Shown: piece by piece, positions 1-8,477 of the stretch | How the letters are laid out: each line of letters begins with the position of its first letter | Position numbering within the stretch: the first letter of the stretch is position 1 | IMG/VR virus record: IMGVR_UViG_3300022538_001114 | Source: a virus | DNA: 19,369 nucleotides | Direction: 5' to 3' (one strand) | Notes under the pieces: model-generated | What the model was told of the DNA's origin: nothing | Databases searched by the model: none | Seen by the model: only the letters and a program-made list of their open reading frames with translations | Translations under genes and position numbers: made by a program

Positions 1-193
1 ATGTCTCTCCTTCCATATTTGCCATTATAAATCTAAGATTTCTGGTTACTTTTTTCAGCTCTGTAATATCAGTTAGTGCGGATATGGAGTATTCAAATTT
101 TCCGTCTTCATCTTTTTCAGAATAAGCACTTAATTGAATGTCAATTTTTTTGCCATTCTTTTTGATGAATTGATAATAGACATCTTTAATTTT
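1..193 (-). other. Open continuation of the PAS-domain reading frame downstream of the TGA at 194-196; it runs off the left edge of the window.
   Basis: The reverse complement of 1-196 read in the frame of ORF 194..1165 gives TGA then KIKDVYYQFIKKNGKKIDIQLSAYSEKDEDGKFEYSISALTDITELKKVTRNLRFIMANMEGET with no further stop. This is the canonical C-terminal half of a PAS fold (..kdG..f..s.s...DITErK). Confidence 0.5.
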
Positions 194-1165
194 TCAATCC
201 TTGAAAAATTTTGGAAGCGAAACGTTTTTTGCATACGCAGCAGATTGTTTTGAGAGAAATTTTGTTAGATGATGACCAATAACCTCATCACGATCATAAC
301 CCATTACTTCTAACCAGTAATTTGAAGCATTTACAATATTTCCATTTTCATCAATACTATGAATCATTGATAAAGTGTTATTATATAATGAATCATATCG
401 AGCTTCAGCTATTTCTCTTTTTTGTTTTGCTATCTTTTCCGCTGTTACATCATAAGAACGAATAACTACTAAGATTTGTTTATCTTTATCTGGGTTTTTG
501 GAGTTTAATATAATAGTGGAGAAGTCGCTTCTAAACCATCTATCACCTAAGGTTTTGATTTGATCTTCTGACCATCTAAAAACATTATATTTTACAACTT
601 CCTTGATTTTTTTCTTCCACTTATCTGCCACTTTTCCATTAATAAAACTCTTAACAAAACTATAAAAGGGTTCACCTTCTATATCCTTTACTTTTTTATT
701 AAAAATTTTGGCACCGGTTTCATTGATTAATTTAATTTTATGTTCTTCAACAGGATTAACAATCATAAGAACCCCGTAAGGTTGATTAACTAAACCGGTA
801 CTTATGGAATCGCTTTCTTCATAGTCAGTTCTTAACTTTATCCTTCTTAAACCAATACTTATTTTTAAGGATATAGTATCAATTAACTCTTTCTCTATGT
901 CTGAGTTTTTGTAATTTGGATCTAAGATTTCTAATTCTCCGACTACTTTTTTGTCTAATTCTATTGGAACAGAAGCAGTTATAGAAGTTTCAATAAAATT
1001 ATCTGACATAAAAGTTTTGTCTCCTATAGTAATTTTACTATAGCATTTATTTCCAATTTCTTCTTTCCATATAGACGAAATTTCTTCAATTATTTTAGGA
1101 AAAATATCATTTAAGTTTTTTTCTATGTCAAAAATGTTACATATTTTGCATGGTATTTTAAGCAT
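194..1165 (-). CDS. GAF-PAS-PAS sensor-domain protein. The ORF ends at an in-frame TGA located in the middle of the second PAS domain.
   Basis: 323 aa. The N-terminal ~110 aa are GAF-like. The first PAS ends with the DVTAEKIAKQ motif. A second PAS begins at SMIHSIDENGNIVNASNYWLEVMGYDRDEVIGHHL. SD AAAAGGAGAAG lies upstream of the ATG at 1165. Stop TGA at 194-196. Confidence 0.65.
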   Translation of the reverse strand: MLKIPCKICNIFDIEKNLNDIFPKIIEEISSIWKEEIGNKCYSKITIGDKTFMSDNFIETSITASVPIELDKKVVGELEILDPNYKNSDIEKELIDTISLKISIGLRRIKLRTDYEESDSISTGLVNQPYGVLMIVNPVEEHKIKLINETGAKIFNKKVKDIEGEPFYSFVKSFINGKVADKWKKKIKEVVKYNVFRWSEDQIKTLGDRWFRSDFSTIILNSKNPDKDKQILVVIRSYDVTAEKIAKQKREIAEARYDSLYNNTLSMIHSIDENGNIVNASNYWLEVMGYDRDEVIGHHLTKFLSKQSAAYAKNVSLPKFFKD

Positions 1166-1241
1166 TTTTACTTCTCCTTTTTATTTTTATTTAGTACAAA
1201 CACCCCCTTATTATCACTAATTAATATATATAGTAATAAGA

Positions 1242-1281
1242 ACAAAAAAAGAATGGGTATAGTTAAATACCCATTCTTTTA
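1242..1281 (-). terminator. Rho-independent terminator with a 12-bp stem plus a U-run on the minus strand and an A-run on the plus strand, so it could act bidirectionally.
   Basis: Perfect inverted repeat AAGAATGGGTAT (1249-1260) / ATACCCATTCTT (1267-1278) with loop AGTTAA. On the minus-strand RNA the stem starts right after the TAA of ORF 1279..2016 and is followed by UUUUUUUGUUCUU. Confidence 0.65.
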
Positions 1282-2016
1282 TATTACATAATTAACACAT
1301 TTTTCAAGAACATCAACCACTTTATTAAGATCAAGATTATCATCAGAATCTCTAACTCCGGTTTCCATATCAATCCAACATATTCCTTTTCCCATATTAT
1401 CTAATACATCAAGGAGAGTTTGAACATTATCTGGATTTATTCCTCCAGCGTATCCACAAAAGAAACCTCTTATTGGTACTGGTGGTGGTTCATCAAATGT
1501 ATATAGTCCTTTACCTCCAGATGAATCAAATAAAATATGTTGTCTTATTCCATAGTGAGTTAGATCCATCCATAATATATCTTTATTACCTTTATGGTAC
1601 TGAGTTATAAAAGAAACACCTGGATAATGGAAAAGAGTTGTAGTAAGATTTTTTGTGAAAACTTCTGCATTATATTTGGATTTACCTATATTGGAGTTTA
1701 TTTGAATTCTACAATTTACTCCACGTTCCTTTAAAAAAACTTCTGGATAAAATGCCCAATCATCGGGTTCTCTATCACCAATTAACATTTTACGAACTAT
1801 TTCTCCACATAGGTGAGCTGAAACGTTCATATTTTCTGATCTTTTATTAGAAATGGTTTCTATCCATTTTATTGAAGGAAATCTTGGTTGTCCTGATTTA
1901 GTTGATGATATTAAAATTCCCCATTCTACAAAAGGAAAGTCTTCTGATATTCTAGTAAGATATTTTATATCAATTTTATCATCAGCTCCAGTTATTGTAA
2001 CGTACTTAAGTTTCAT
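1279..2016 (-). CDS. Phosphoribosylanthranilate isomerase (TrpF)-like TIM-barrel protein.
   Basis: 245 aa. The C-terminal half carries the TrpF phosphate-binding signatures: FDSSGGKGLYTFD (compare DSGGGTGxxFDW) and GYAGGINPDNVQTLLDV (compare LSGGLNPENV). A C-terminal acidic helix is present. SD AAAAGGAG lies upstream. Confidence 0.6.
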   Translation of the reverse strand: MKLKYVTITGADDKIDIKYLTRISEDFPFVEWGILISSTKSGQPRFPSIKWIETISNKRSENMNVSAHLCGEIVRKMLIGDREPDDWAFYPEVFLKERGVNCRIQINSNIGKSKYNAEVFTKNLTTTLFHYPGVSFITQYHKGNKDILWMDLTHYGIRQHILFDSSGGKGLYTFDEPPPVPIRGFFCGYAGGINPDNVQTLLDVLDNMGKGICWIDMETGVRDSDDNLDLNKVVDVLEKCVNYVI

Positions 2017-2035
2017 TTCTTAGCTAACTCCTTTT

Positions 2036-2287
2036 CTAATTGTTTTTTGAAGTAGTAGGTTCATCTGGACGATTATGACAGAAATGACATTTAGGATCAG
2101 AACAAGTAGGTTCTAACCAAATCCAACACATTTTACAATAATAACAATCATAATCTTCGTTTATAATTCCTTTTGTCCCACATTCTTTACAATGAGGAAC
2201 GTGTCCTATAACTGGATGTCCTCTATCACTTTTCATTTTTATATCCAATTTTTGGAGGATTTCTAGGAAACATTTTAGGATCTCCAC
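2036..2287 (-). CDS. Cys/His-rich zinc-finger-like small protein.
   Basis: The sequence contains the pattern HCKECG...CYYCKMC...CSDPKCHFCH. The annotated start at 2287 is GTG and overlaps the upstream ORF by 62 nt; an internal ATG at 2236 (MKSDRG...) is a likelier start. Stop TAG at 2036. Confidence 0.4.
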   Translation of the reverse strand: MEILKCFLEILQKLDIKMKSDRGHPVIGHVPHCKECGTKGIINEDYDCYYCKMCWIWLEPTCSDPKCHFCHNRPDEPTTSKNN

Positions 2288-2654
2288 CCAACTCTTTTAT
2301 ACTTTTCAATAATAATTTATAGTTTTCTTCAAGTCTTCCTCCAAATCTTCTTATAAATTCTCCTAAAGTGGTTTCTCTTTTTGGAGAATAGTCTTTAATA
2401 TATTTAATAGTAAAATCTAAAAAGTTAATTGGAATAATAGATATCGTCGAATCTGTATATTTTGAAATATCTATTCTTACACTATCAGTTACTATATTTT
2501 CAATATAATGAACACCCTCTATTCCAGTAACAATAATTCCAAGAGGTAATTCTATAAAAGCAAGTTCTATTTCAATATGAGATCGATATTTATTTTCGGT
2601 TTGTTCTTTTATTAAAGTATTAATATCATAAACATTTATTTTTTGTATGTCCAT
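2226..2654 (-). CDS. Hypothetical protein of 142 aa.
   Basis: Complete ORF co-directional with its neighbours in a dense array. No recognisable motifs. Confidence 0.45.
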   Translation of the reverse strand: MDIQKINVYDINTLIKEQTENKYRSHIEIELAFIELPLGIIVTGIEGVHYIENIVTDSVRIDISKYTDSTISIIPINFLDFTIKYIKDYSPKRETTLGEFIRRFGGRLEENYKLLLKSIKELGGDPKMFPRNPPKIGYKNEK

Positions 2655-2663
2655 GATGATTTC

Positions 2664-2918
2664 TTAATGGAGTGTTGGTCCTTTATTTTCTTTGGTTAAT
2701 AATGGATTTGCTTCTATATTAAAATAATCTTCGTTTTGCATTTTTATAATTAAGTCTCTTATTTCAATTAAAAATTCTTGTGATCTTCCATCTCTAACTG
2801 CAGCAGATAATGCAATAGCAAACCCACATATAGCAGCTCTAAACATCGAATCTAATTTAAACAATTCTTTAATTGATTCAAACATTATTTTTTCATTTTC
2901 AGTCATTTCTATTTCCAT
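2664..2918 (-). CDS. Hypothetical protein of 84 aa.
   Basis: Its ATG overlaps the ligase stop (TAATG), which suggests translational coupling. No recognisable motifs. Confidence 0.45.
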   Translation of the reverse strand: MEIEMTENEKIMFESIKELFKLDSMFRAAICGFAIALSAAVRDGRSQEFLIEIRDLIIKMQNEDYFNIEANPLLTKENKGPTLH

Positions 2919-4024
2919 TATTCATAATCCCTTATAGCTAATCCAATAGGTTGACTTGGAATTCCACTATCAGTAAATTCTGGATATCTGACAGTTAACA
3001 TTTTACCAATATCATTTTCAAGTTCGAGATACCATTTCTGTCTATCTTCTAATGATCCTTTTGGGCTAACATCGAATTCAAGACCACTCTCAGTAATACA
3101 AGTATATACGACACAACCTTCATGGGTTCCGGTTGCTTGTTTTCCACCAATTATTTTAAATTCTGAATCTTCAAATTCTTTAACTTTTTCAAGATCATCT
3201 GAATTATATTGAAACATATAAATTCCATTTTTATTTTTTAACATTCCACCTTCGAAACCATTACTAATAAAAACATCATGAGCTCTTTTAACTTCATCTC
3301 TATTATTAACTATTATTGTTGGTGTAACTATTATTGGACTAAATATGTTATCATGAATATTTTCTGTTATCCATTCCCATCTTTCTTCAAAAGTTGGTCC
3401 AACCCATGCGATATCATAAACCCAAAATTGAAGTCTATGAGCATCTTCTTTTAAGTCTTTTGTATAGGAACCAATTTTTTGAAGACTCCAATCAGGATGA
3501 AATAGTTCTCCATGTAGTGGAGCTGGAGGGGCAATGTCTTGAATATATGGGTTAAGATGTTGTAATGTATGAAATGTTTTTCCACCTCTTGAATGATGTA
3601 TTACCATATGAGGGTTACCAGGTATATCTTCAGTTAAATCACATATACCATTTAATTTAGGTTGCATGAAGCAAGGAAAAATTATTTTTCCTTTACCCAT
3701 ACCTTTTGCTAACATTGGTAACATAACATTTGGAAGGTAATTATTTGGATCTGGAATTTCTTCTTCATAATTTTTATCTTTTTTACTATTCCATTTAGAT
3801 TGAGCTTGAGATAATGCTTGGATAAATGGAGTAGTCTCATTTGACTTACCAATATTTTTTCCTTTAGTAATTGTCTTGGGTCGATCTACAATCTTTCCAT
3901 CTATGTAACCTGATTCAGTATGGATAGTAGCAGAACCATTTTCATTCTGTTCTACCCAAGTAGTCCATTGTTTGATCTTTTCTGTTTTTGCTAAAGCATA
4001 TAACGTTGGAAATTCTTTTTTCAT
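2918..4024 (-). CDS. ATP-dependent DNA ligase (nucleotidyltransferase domain plus C-terminal OB domain).
   Basis: 368 aa. Motif I-like QPKLNGI (Kx[DN]G). Motif IV LHGELF. Motif V EGGMLKNKNGIY. The C-terminal OB tail LTVRYPEFTDSGIPSQPIGLAIRDYE resembles the ligase motif VI region. SD GAGGAG lies 9 nt upstream. Confidence 0.7.
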   Translation of the reverse strand: MKKEFPTLYALAKTEKIKQWTTWVEQNENGSATIHTESGYIDGKIVDRPKTITKGKNIGKSNETTPFIQALSQAQSKWNSKKDKNYEEEIPDPNNYLPNVMLPMLAKGMGKGKIIFPCFMQPKLNGICDLTEDIPGNPHMVIHHSRGGKTFHTLQHLNPYIQDIAPPAPLHGELFHPDWSLQKIGSYTKDLKEDAHRLQFWVYDIAWVGPTFEERWEWITENIHDNIFSPIIVTPTIIVNNRDEVKRAHDVFISNGFEGGMLKNKNGIYMFQYNSDDLEKVKEFEDSEFKIIGGKQATGTHEGCVVYTCITESGLEFDVSPKGSLEDRQKWYLELENDIGKMLTVRYPEFTDSGIPSQPIGLAIRDYE

Positions 4025-4030
4025 TCTAAC

Positions 4031-4225
4031 TTACTCCTCTTCTAAAAATTTAAGACGTGGTGTATTTAAATTTGGATCAAGATTATCTAAAACTTTATCA
4101 TATTCTATTTTACAAGTAGCTCCCATATCTTGAGCATGAGTATCCATAAGTGAAATACCATTTTTACATTTCTCACATTCTAAACTATGTGGCCAAGTAT
4201 ATATTATTGTTGTATATTTTCCCAT
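4031..4225 (-). CDS. Small zinc-ribbon-like protein of 64 aa.
   Basis: Contains CEKCKNG and a later C/H pattern. SD AGGA upstream. Stop TAA. Confidence 0.45.
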   Translation of the reverse strand: MGKYTTIIYTWPHSLECEKCKNGISLMDTHAQDMGATCKIEYDKVLDNLDPNLNTPRLKFLEEE

Positions 4226-4247
4226 AATTATTTTATCCTATAAATAT

Positions 4248-4270
4248 GGGTGGGGAATAAATCCCCACCC
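4248..4270 (-). promoter_or_regulatory. GC-rich intercistronic hairpin, member 1 of the GGTGGG/CCCACC family.
   Basis: GGGTGGGGA-ATAAA-TCCCCACCC, a perfect 9-bp stem. It sits between the stop of a 48-aa ORF (4283) and the start of ORF 4031..4225. Confidence 0.5.
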
Positions 4271-4282
4271 TTAAATAGTTTA

Positions 4283-4429
4283 TTAAGGTTCATATTTTTC
4301 AATAAATTCATTTAAAATAGATTCTCGTTCTTTTTGAGTTTTTGCTTTTTTTATCTTATTTAGGTAATACTCAAAAGCTCTATCTAAATCTTTTTCAAGA
4401 ACCCTAAAGAATTTTTTTACTAGATCCAT
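4283..4429 (-). CDS. 48-aa small ORF (MDLVKKFFRVLEKDLDRAFEYYLNKIKKAKTQKERESILNEFIEKYEP), absent from the ORF track because it is under 60 aa.
   Basis: ATG at 4429 preceded by the SD TTGAGGT with 5-nt spacing. Stop TAA at 4283-4285. It fills an otherwise unexplained 219-bp gap in a tightly packed array. Confidence 0.35.
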   Translation of the reverse strand: MDLVKKFFRVLEKDLDRAFEYYLNKIKKAKTQKERESILNEFIEKYEP

Positions 4430-4444
4430 AATAACCTCAATTTG

Positions 4445-5569
4445 TTAAGGCTGATAATGTTCTGAAACTCTTTCCGATTTAGACCATGATCTCTTTCGGA
4501 TAGAAACAGCAGTTTCACCAACACCAGGTTGAAATAGAACTAAGCGTTCCCATTTTGATCTTTTACCCTTTGGGACATAATCCTTTTCCCACTTAACTCC
4601 TTTTAACCAAGATGGAAGTCTATCGGGAGAATTATAATGAGAAAGCTCAGTTACCCTGGTCATAAATCGAAGTCTTTCAATAGATTTACCATAATCACTA
4701 TATAGATTACTTACTAATACCAAACTATCTTGACTACTTTCATAATCACGATAAGTTGTTTTCGAGTAGTCAGGAAAATCAATTTCAACTTCAAACGAAT
4801 CAACTTGAATTTGTTTTCCAGCGTCTATTTCAGAATCAGTATAAGTTAATGGAGTCTTTTTCCAAGTTGGTGGATAACTTATTCCTTCGGTAAGCATTCT
4901 TTTCTTTACTTTGTTTAGATATGCTCTTTCTTCAGTCAATCGAGCAATCAAGAGTTTACTAATTATGTAATGATGACCAAAGAATGAAGTCCATCTATTC
5001 GGGTGTACAAAATCTCTGAAGATAACCGTATTCCCAGTCCATAGATTATTTTCGGTAAGAAATCTGTTTTCCTTTCTGGTTGGAACAAATTCAATTTTTT
5101 GCCACCCATTATACCAGGTTCCATCGAAGTCGGTCAATGAGAGGGTCCTAAAATCTCCAACTTTATCTTCACCTATAACATTTTGATCTATGATTCTTAT
5201 TGAGAACCTGAAGTTGTCTTTGTTTCCAAGAACACCAATGAGTTGACCATTCCGATTAAATTTTGAAATCAATTCCTGATCTTTTTTAAATCTGGTTTGG
5301 CGAAATGATTTGTAGTGTGGGACATTTATAATCGAGTCTCTTCCCAATAGTGCATAGAGAAAACACGCAAGATCAAGATTCACCCCTTGAAAAATTCCGT
5401 TTTCACTATAAACACGACCTGGTTTTCTTGTCATCAGATCATAATTCCAATAACCTTGAATTTCATTAATAGCGAATGATAAGTAAGTACTTTTATTAAA
5501 AATATCTTGAATCATTGGATGAACTGGAAGCGATTTAATTGTTTGTGCTATGTGCTTTTTTTCTGTCAT
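4445..5569 (-). CDS. Hypothetical protein of 374 aa.
   Basis: Long clean ORF with SD AGGAGA 7 nt upstream of the ATG. I cannot assign a family from the sequence. Confidence 0.55.
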   Translation of the reverse strand: MTEKKHIAQTIKSLPVHPMIQDIFNKSTYLSFAINEIQGYWNYDLMTRKPGRVYSENGIFQGVNLDLACFLYALLGRDSIINVPHYKSFRQTRFKKDQELISKFNRNGQLIGVLGNKDNFRFSIRIIDQNVIGEDKVGDFRTLSLTDFDGTWYNGWQKIEFVPTRKENRFLTENNLWTGNTVIFRDFVHPNRWTSFFGHHYIISKLLIARLTEERAYLNKVKKRMLTEGISYPPTWKKTPLTYTDSEIDAGKQIQVDSFEVEIDFPDYSKTTYRDYESSQDSLVLVSNLYSDYGKSIERLRFMTRVTELSHYNSPDRLPSWLKGVKWEKDYVPKGKRSKWERLVLFQPGVGETAVSIRKRSWSKSERVSEHYQP

Positions 5570-5640
5570 GATTTTTTCTCCTGTAATTTAATTGTTTGTG
5601 ATATGTGCTTTTTTTCTGTCATGATTTTTTCTCCTGTAAT
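5535..5640 (-). repeat. Perfect 53-bp tandem duplication (2 copies, 1 mismatch) covering the SD, ATG and first ~11 codons of ORF 4445..5569.
   Basis: Copy 1 at 5535-5587 and copy 2 at 5588-5640: ttaattgtttgtg[c/a]tatgtgctttttttctgtcatgattttttctcctgtaat. Confidence 0.85.
5566..5622 (-). CDS. 18-codon upstream ORF (MTEKKHISQTIKLQEKKS) created by the duplication. Its TGA overlaps the main ATG as ATGA.
   Basis: It has its own copy of the SD ACAGGAGAAAAAATC ATG. The stop at 5566-5568 overlaps the ATG at 5567-5569 of the 374-aa ORF. Confidence 0.3.
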   Translation of the reverse strand: MTEKKHISQTIKLQEKKS

Positions 5641-5850
5641 TTAATTTATGTTTTTAACTTCTATTTTTGTGGCAGTTAACTGAATTATCAGTTCAACTTT
5701 TTCACCATTATCTAATTCAATTTTAAAACAAGCTTCTGGAGGACCTTCAATTTCTTCTATTTTTTTATATTTTTCTAACCACTTGTTTCCATTATAACCA
5801 CATTCTTTAAACACTTCTTCAACGAGATCATGATCAACATCCATTGACAT
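5641..5850 (-). CDS. Hypothetical protein of 69 aa.
   Basis: SD AAGGAAAGGAG upstream of the ATG. Stop TAA. Confidence 0.4.
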   Translation of the reverse strand: MSMDVDHDLVEEVFKECGYNGNKWLEKYKKIEEIEGPPEACFKIELDNGEKVELIIQLTATKIEVKNIN

Positions 5851-5914
5851 AAAGACTCCTTTCCTTAAAATTATTAGAACGAAAATGTTTATAAAGTTAA
5901 GTAATTAATATTTA

Positions 5915-5953
5915 TAATAAAAAAAGATTTATAATTTTCTATAAAATTATAAA
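5915..5953 (-). terminator. Candidate weak intrinsic terminator (A/U-only stem plus U-run) downstream of the kinase gene.
   Basis: Inverted repeat TTTATAATTTT-ctat-AAAATTATAAA (5928-5953), followed on the minus strand by UCUUUUUUUAUU. The stem is entirely A/T and therefore weak. Confidence 0.3.
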
Positions 5954-5963
5954 CCTTTTTGTC

Positions 5964-7655
5964 TTACTTCTTTTTGATGATGGAATATAGTTTTTTGTTT
6001 TCATAAAATAATACATTAAGACCATCATTGCATAATTTCATTGTTGTGTTAATATCAGGATCAGTAATTTTATCAATCTCCGGTCTAGCAGGATCTCGTC
6101 TAAAAATTTCTATTGTACCGTCTGATAATATGGTTATAACAATTCCATTGGCTAATGATACAAAATTTATATCTTGTAAATCAACATCTTCAATTTTTCT
6201 ACAATGATATTTTTTATATAATTCATCAAAACGGATTATAAATAGATCGTAAATATTACCTTTAAGACCAGTTAGTATGACAACTCCATTTTCATGTTTA
6301 GCATTTATAATTTTATAACCATTAATCTCAGGAATTTCCATTTCAAAATATGATGTGTCTTCTCCAGCTTTTGGTACTGGAATTACAAAATATGGTTTTC
6401 CCATTATAAGTTGATAAATTATTCCATCAAATATTTCACTAGTAGTAGGCATGATATTCCACGATGAATTAACAAATGCCACAATTTTGTTTCTCATATC
6501 AAGAAAACCAATCTCATCTAAATCCGATCCACTGGTTATAAATAAAGAATTATCTACTACCATCATGTTATTAGCACTAAGAATTTGATATGATAAACTC
6601 TTATTTTTATCTAAACATTTTAGTTTAAGACTTTTATCCTCTATCTTAGCTAAAATCAGATTTAAATCTAAATCTGTAATAAGGAGATCAACTCCAGTAT
6701 TTACCTTATAGTGGATATTATCAATCCATATTCCACTTTTTGTCCTGACCACTTTTCTTCCAAATATATTTTTATGAGAAACTATATAATCATCATATTC
6801 CTTGGTATAAGTAATTTCAAAACTATCTGTATTTGTAATAACTCTAATTGTTACTGGAATAATAGTAACAGTTCCAGGTAGAAGAGGTGGCGTAGATCTT
6901 TTACCCTTTTCGAAGAGATCTTTATACCATTCTTTATAATGAGTTGGTATTAAATCAAAACCTCTTACTGATCTAGGTAGTCTTACATCTGAATTGAAAA
7001 TAGAAACATGATCTTTCATTCTTCCCTTAATATCTGCTCTATTATATTTATTATGACTTCCTCTAAACGGATGTATTCCAAGGAAAAGGTAACAGGTAAT
7101 AATGGCGAATGAAAACCAATCGGTTAAAGTGTTAAAGGTATTGGATGTCCAATCTCTCACGTTCGGATTTATTGCTGTAGCAGGAAAGTTTGGGGTTTCC
7201 CAAGCATTTATATCAATAAATCCAGGAGTTATCCAATCCCAATTTACGATGATATTCATATCGTTAATGTCGACTAATAAGAATCCCCTTTCATGAACTT
7301 TTTGAATAAAACTTTTTATATTTTCAACAAGATCTACTGAATGGGAATTACTTATTCCATTATCATTTCTAAATCCAGTTGTATAAAGTTTTATTAATGG
7401 ATCTCCAATAGCTTTATTCATAGTAAAACCAATAGGTTTCTTTTTCCTATTTAGAATAAGATCTTTTGGGACAAATATATTAGAAATTTTCAAACTTTGT
7501 AGCTCCTGAATTTTTTCTGGTGGAATCATATGTTTTGGATCATGGAATATTTTATAAACCGTATTTCCTTTTATCCAAACTTTAGCTTCTCCACCTTGTT
7601 TAAAATCAGAGGGATCCACGGTTACAGGTTTTTTACCTTGAATTAAAATTTGCAT
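5964..7655 (-). CDS. Ser/Thr protein kinase (eukaryotic-like kinase fold) with a ~300-aa beta-rich C-terminal domain.
   Basis: 563 aa. Gly-rich loop region FKQGGEAKVWIKGNTVYKIF. Catalytic-loop-like LLVDINDMNIIVN (D..N). DFG-equivalent GFIDINAW. TDWFSFAIITCYLFLGIHPF resembles subdomain IX. The SD AAGGAGGG is embedded in the 3' end of the PP2C gene, and the stop and start are adjacent (TAAATG). Confidence 0.65.
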   Translation of the reverse strand: MQILIQGKKPVTVDPSDFKQGGEAKVWIKGNTVYKIFHDPKHMIPPEKIQELQSLKISNIFVPKDLILNRKKKPIGFTMNKAIGDPLIKLYTTGFRNDNGISNSHSVDLVENIKSFIQKVHERGFLLVDINDMNIIVNWDWITPGFIDINAWETPNFPATAINPNVRDWTSNTFNTLTDWFSFAIITCYLFLGIHPFRGSHNKYNRADIKGRMKDHVSIFNSDVRLPRSVRGFDLIPTHYKEWYKDLFEKGKRSTPPLLPGTVTIIPVTIRVITNTDSFEITYTKEYDDYIVSHKNIFGRKVVRTKSGIWIDNIHYKVNTGVDLLITDLDLNLILAKIEDKSLKLKCLDKNKSLSYQILSANNMMVVDNSLFITSGSDLDEIGFLDMRNKIVAFVNSSWNIMPTTSEIFDGIIYQLIMGKPYFVIPVPKAGEDTSYFEMEIPEINGYKIINAKHENGVVILTGLKGNIYDLFIIRFDELYKKYHCRKIEDVDLQDINFVSLANGIVITILSDGTIEIFRRDPARPEIDKITDPDINTTMKLCNDGLNVLFYENKKLYSIIKKK

Positions 7656-8429
7656 TTATCCCTCCTTTTTTATAAGAAATGCACCAATTGAAATATCGTC
7701 GAAATGAAAATTTTTATCATTTTCATATGTTGATATAAACCTTATCATTCTTCTTTGAAGAAATGATCCATTAGTAGTTTTGAAACTAACACATTCTTTT
7801 ACTACTTCTTTTATATTAGTTCCTGGATTAAAAGATCCTATTCCATCAGAGGCGATTGCTATTGTTTTAAATAGATAAACAGGAAAGTTCCATATATTAG
7901 GATCACTATAATCAGATTCTAAATCAGAACCAATAAAGGTTTTTACTTTTTTTTTAATTTCTTTTTTTCTGTATGATTCTAGATTATCTGGAGATAGATT
8001 ATATGATAAGTAAAATGGATAACTATCAGTAAATGAAACTTCACAATATGAAATTCCTCCATCATTATTTTCAAGGATAATATAACCATCACCATACATA
8101 TGAACACAAATATAATTATTATGGTAATATGAGATAATTAGAGTTGATGATAAACATGTTGTATCAATTTCTAAAACCCTAGTCATGATTTCGGCGTTAG
8201 ATATAATATTAAAACCCATCTTGTTATGATCAAGTTTTCCAAGACTATTTTTCCAAGTTTTTATATATTTTTCTGCTGATAAACATAACAATCTAGCGCC
8301 AATATCTGTATTTTTAGCTCCAGTACTTCCATCTGCTAAGATTATATAGTCATAACCTTTAATTATATAATCTTCACATATGAAATGACTTTTTCCAATT
8401 TTAGTAAATATATCATTTGTTATTAACAT
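7656..8429 (-). CDS. PP2C-family Ser/Thr protein phosphatase.
   Basis: 257 aa. ILADGSTGAKNTDIGARL (ADGxGG-type metal motif), IAIASDGIGSF (second DG motif) and C-terminal DDISIGAF (compare DDiTvvvv). Confidence 0.7.
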   Translation of the reverse strand: MLITNDIFTKIGKSHFICEDYIIKGYDYIILADGSTGAKNTDIGARLLCLSAEKYIKTWKNSLGKLDHNKMGFNIISNAEIMTRVLEIDTTCLSSTLIISYYHNNYICVHMYGDGYIILENNDGGISYCEVSFTDSYPFYLSYNLSPDNLESYRKKEIKKKVKTFIGSDLESDYSDPNIWNFPVYLFKTIAIASDGIGSFNPGTNIKEVVKECVSFKTTNGSFLQRRMIRFISTYENDKNFHFDDISIGAFLIKKEG

Positions 8430-8440
8430 AGATCCCCCAT

Positions 8441-8472
8441 AGGTGGGCTCCCTACTATATGAGAGCCCACCT
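8441..8472 (-). promoter_or_regulatory. GC-rich intercistronic hairpin, member 2 of the GGTGGG/CCCACC family, between the vWA and PP2C genes.
   Basis: AGGTGGGCTC-cctactatatga-GAGCCCACCT, a 10-bp stem with a 12-nt loop, 12 nt upstream of the PP2C ATG. Confidence 0.5.
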
Positions 8473-8477
8473 CCAAA

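Noticed and set aside
7102-7296. Plus-strand 64-aa ORF inside the kinase gene, and likewise 9624..9854 (+) and 9908..10093 (-) inside the nicotinamidase-like gene
   Set aside because: They are antisense or out-of-frame overlaps of well-supported genes and have no translational signals.
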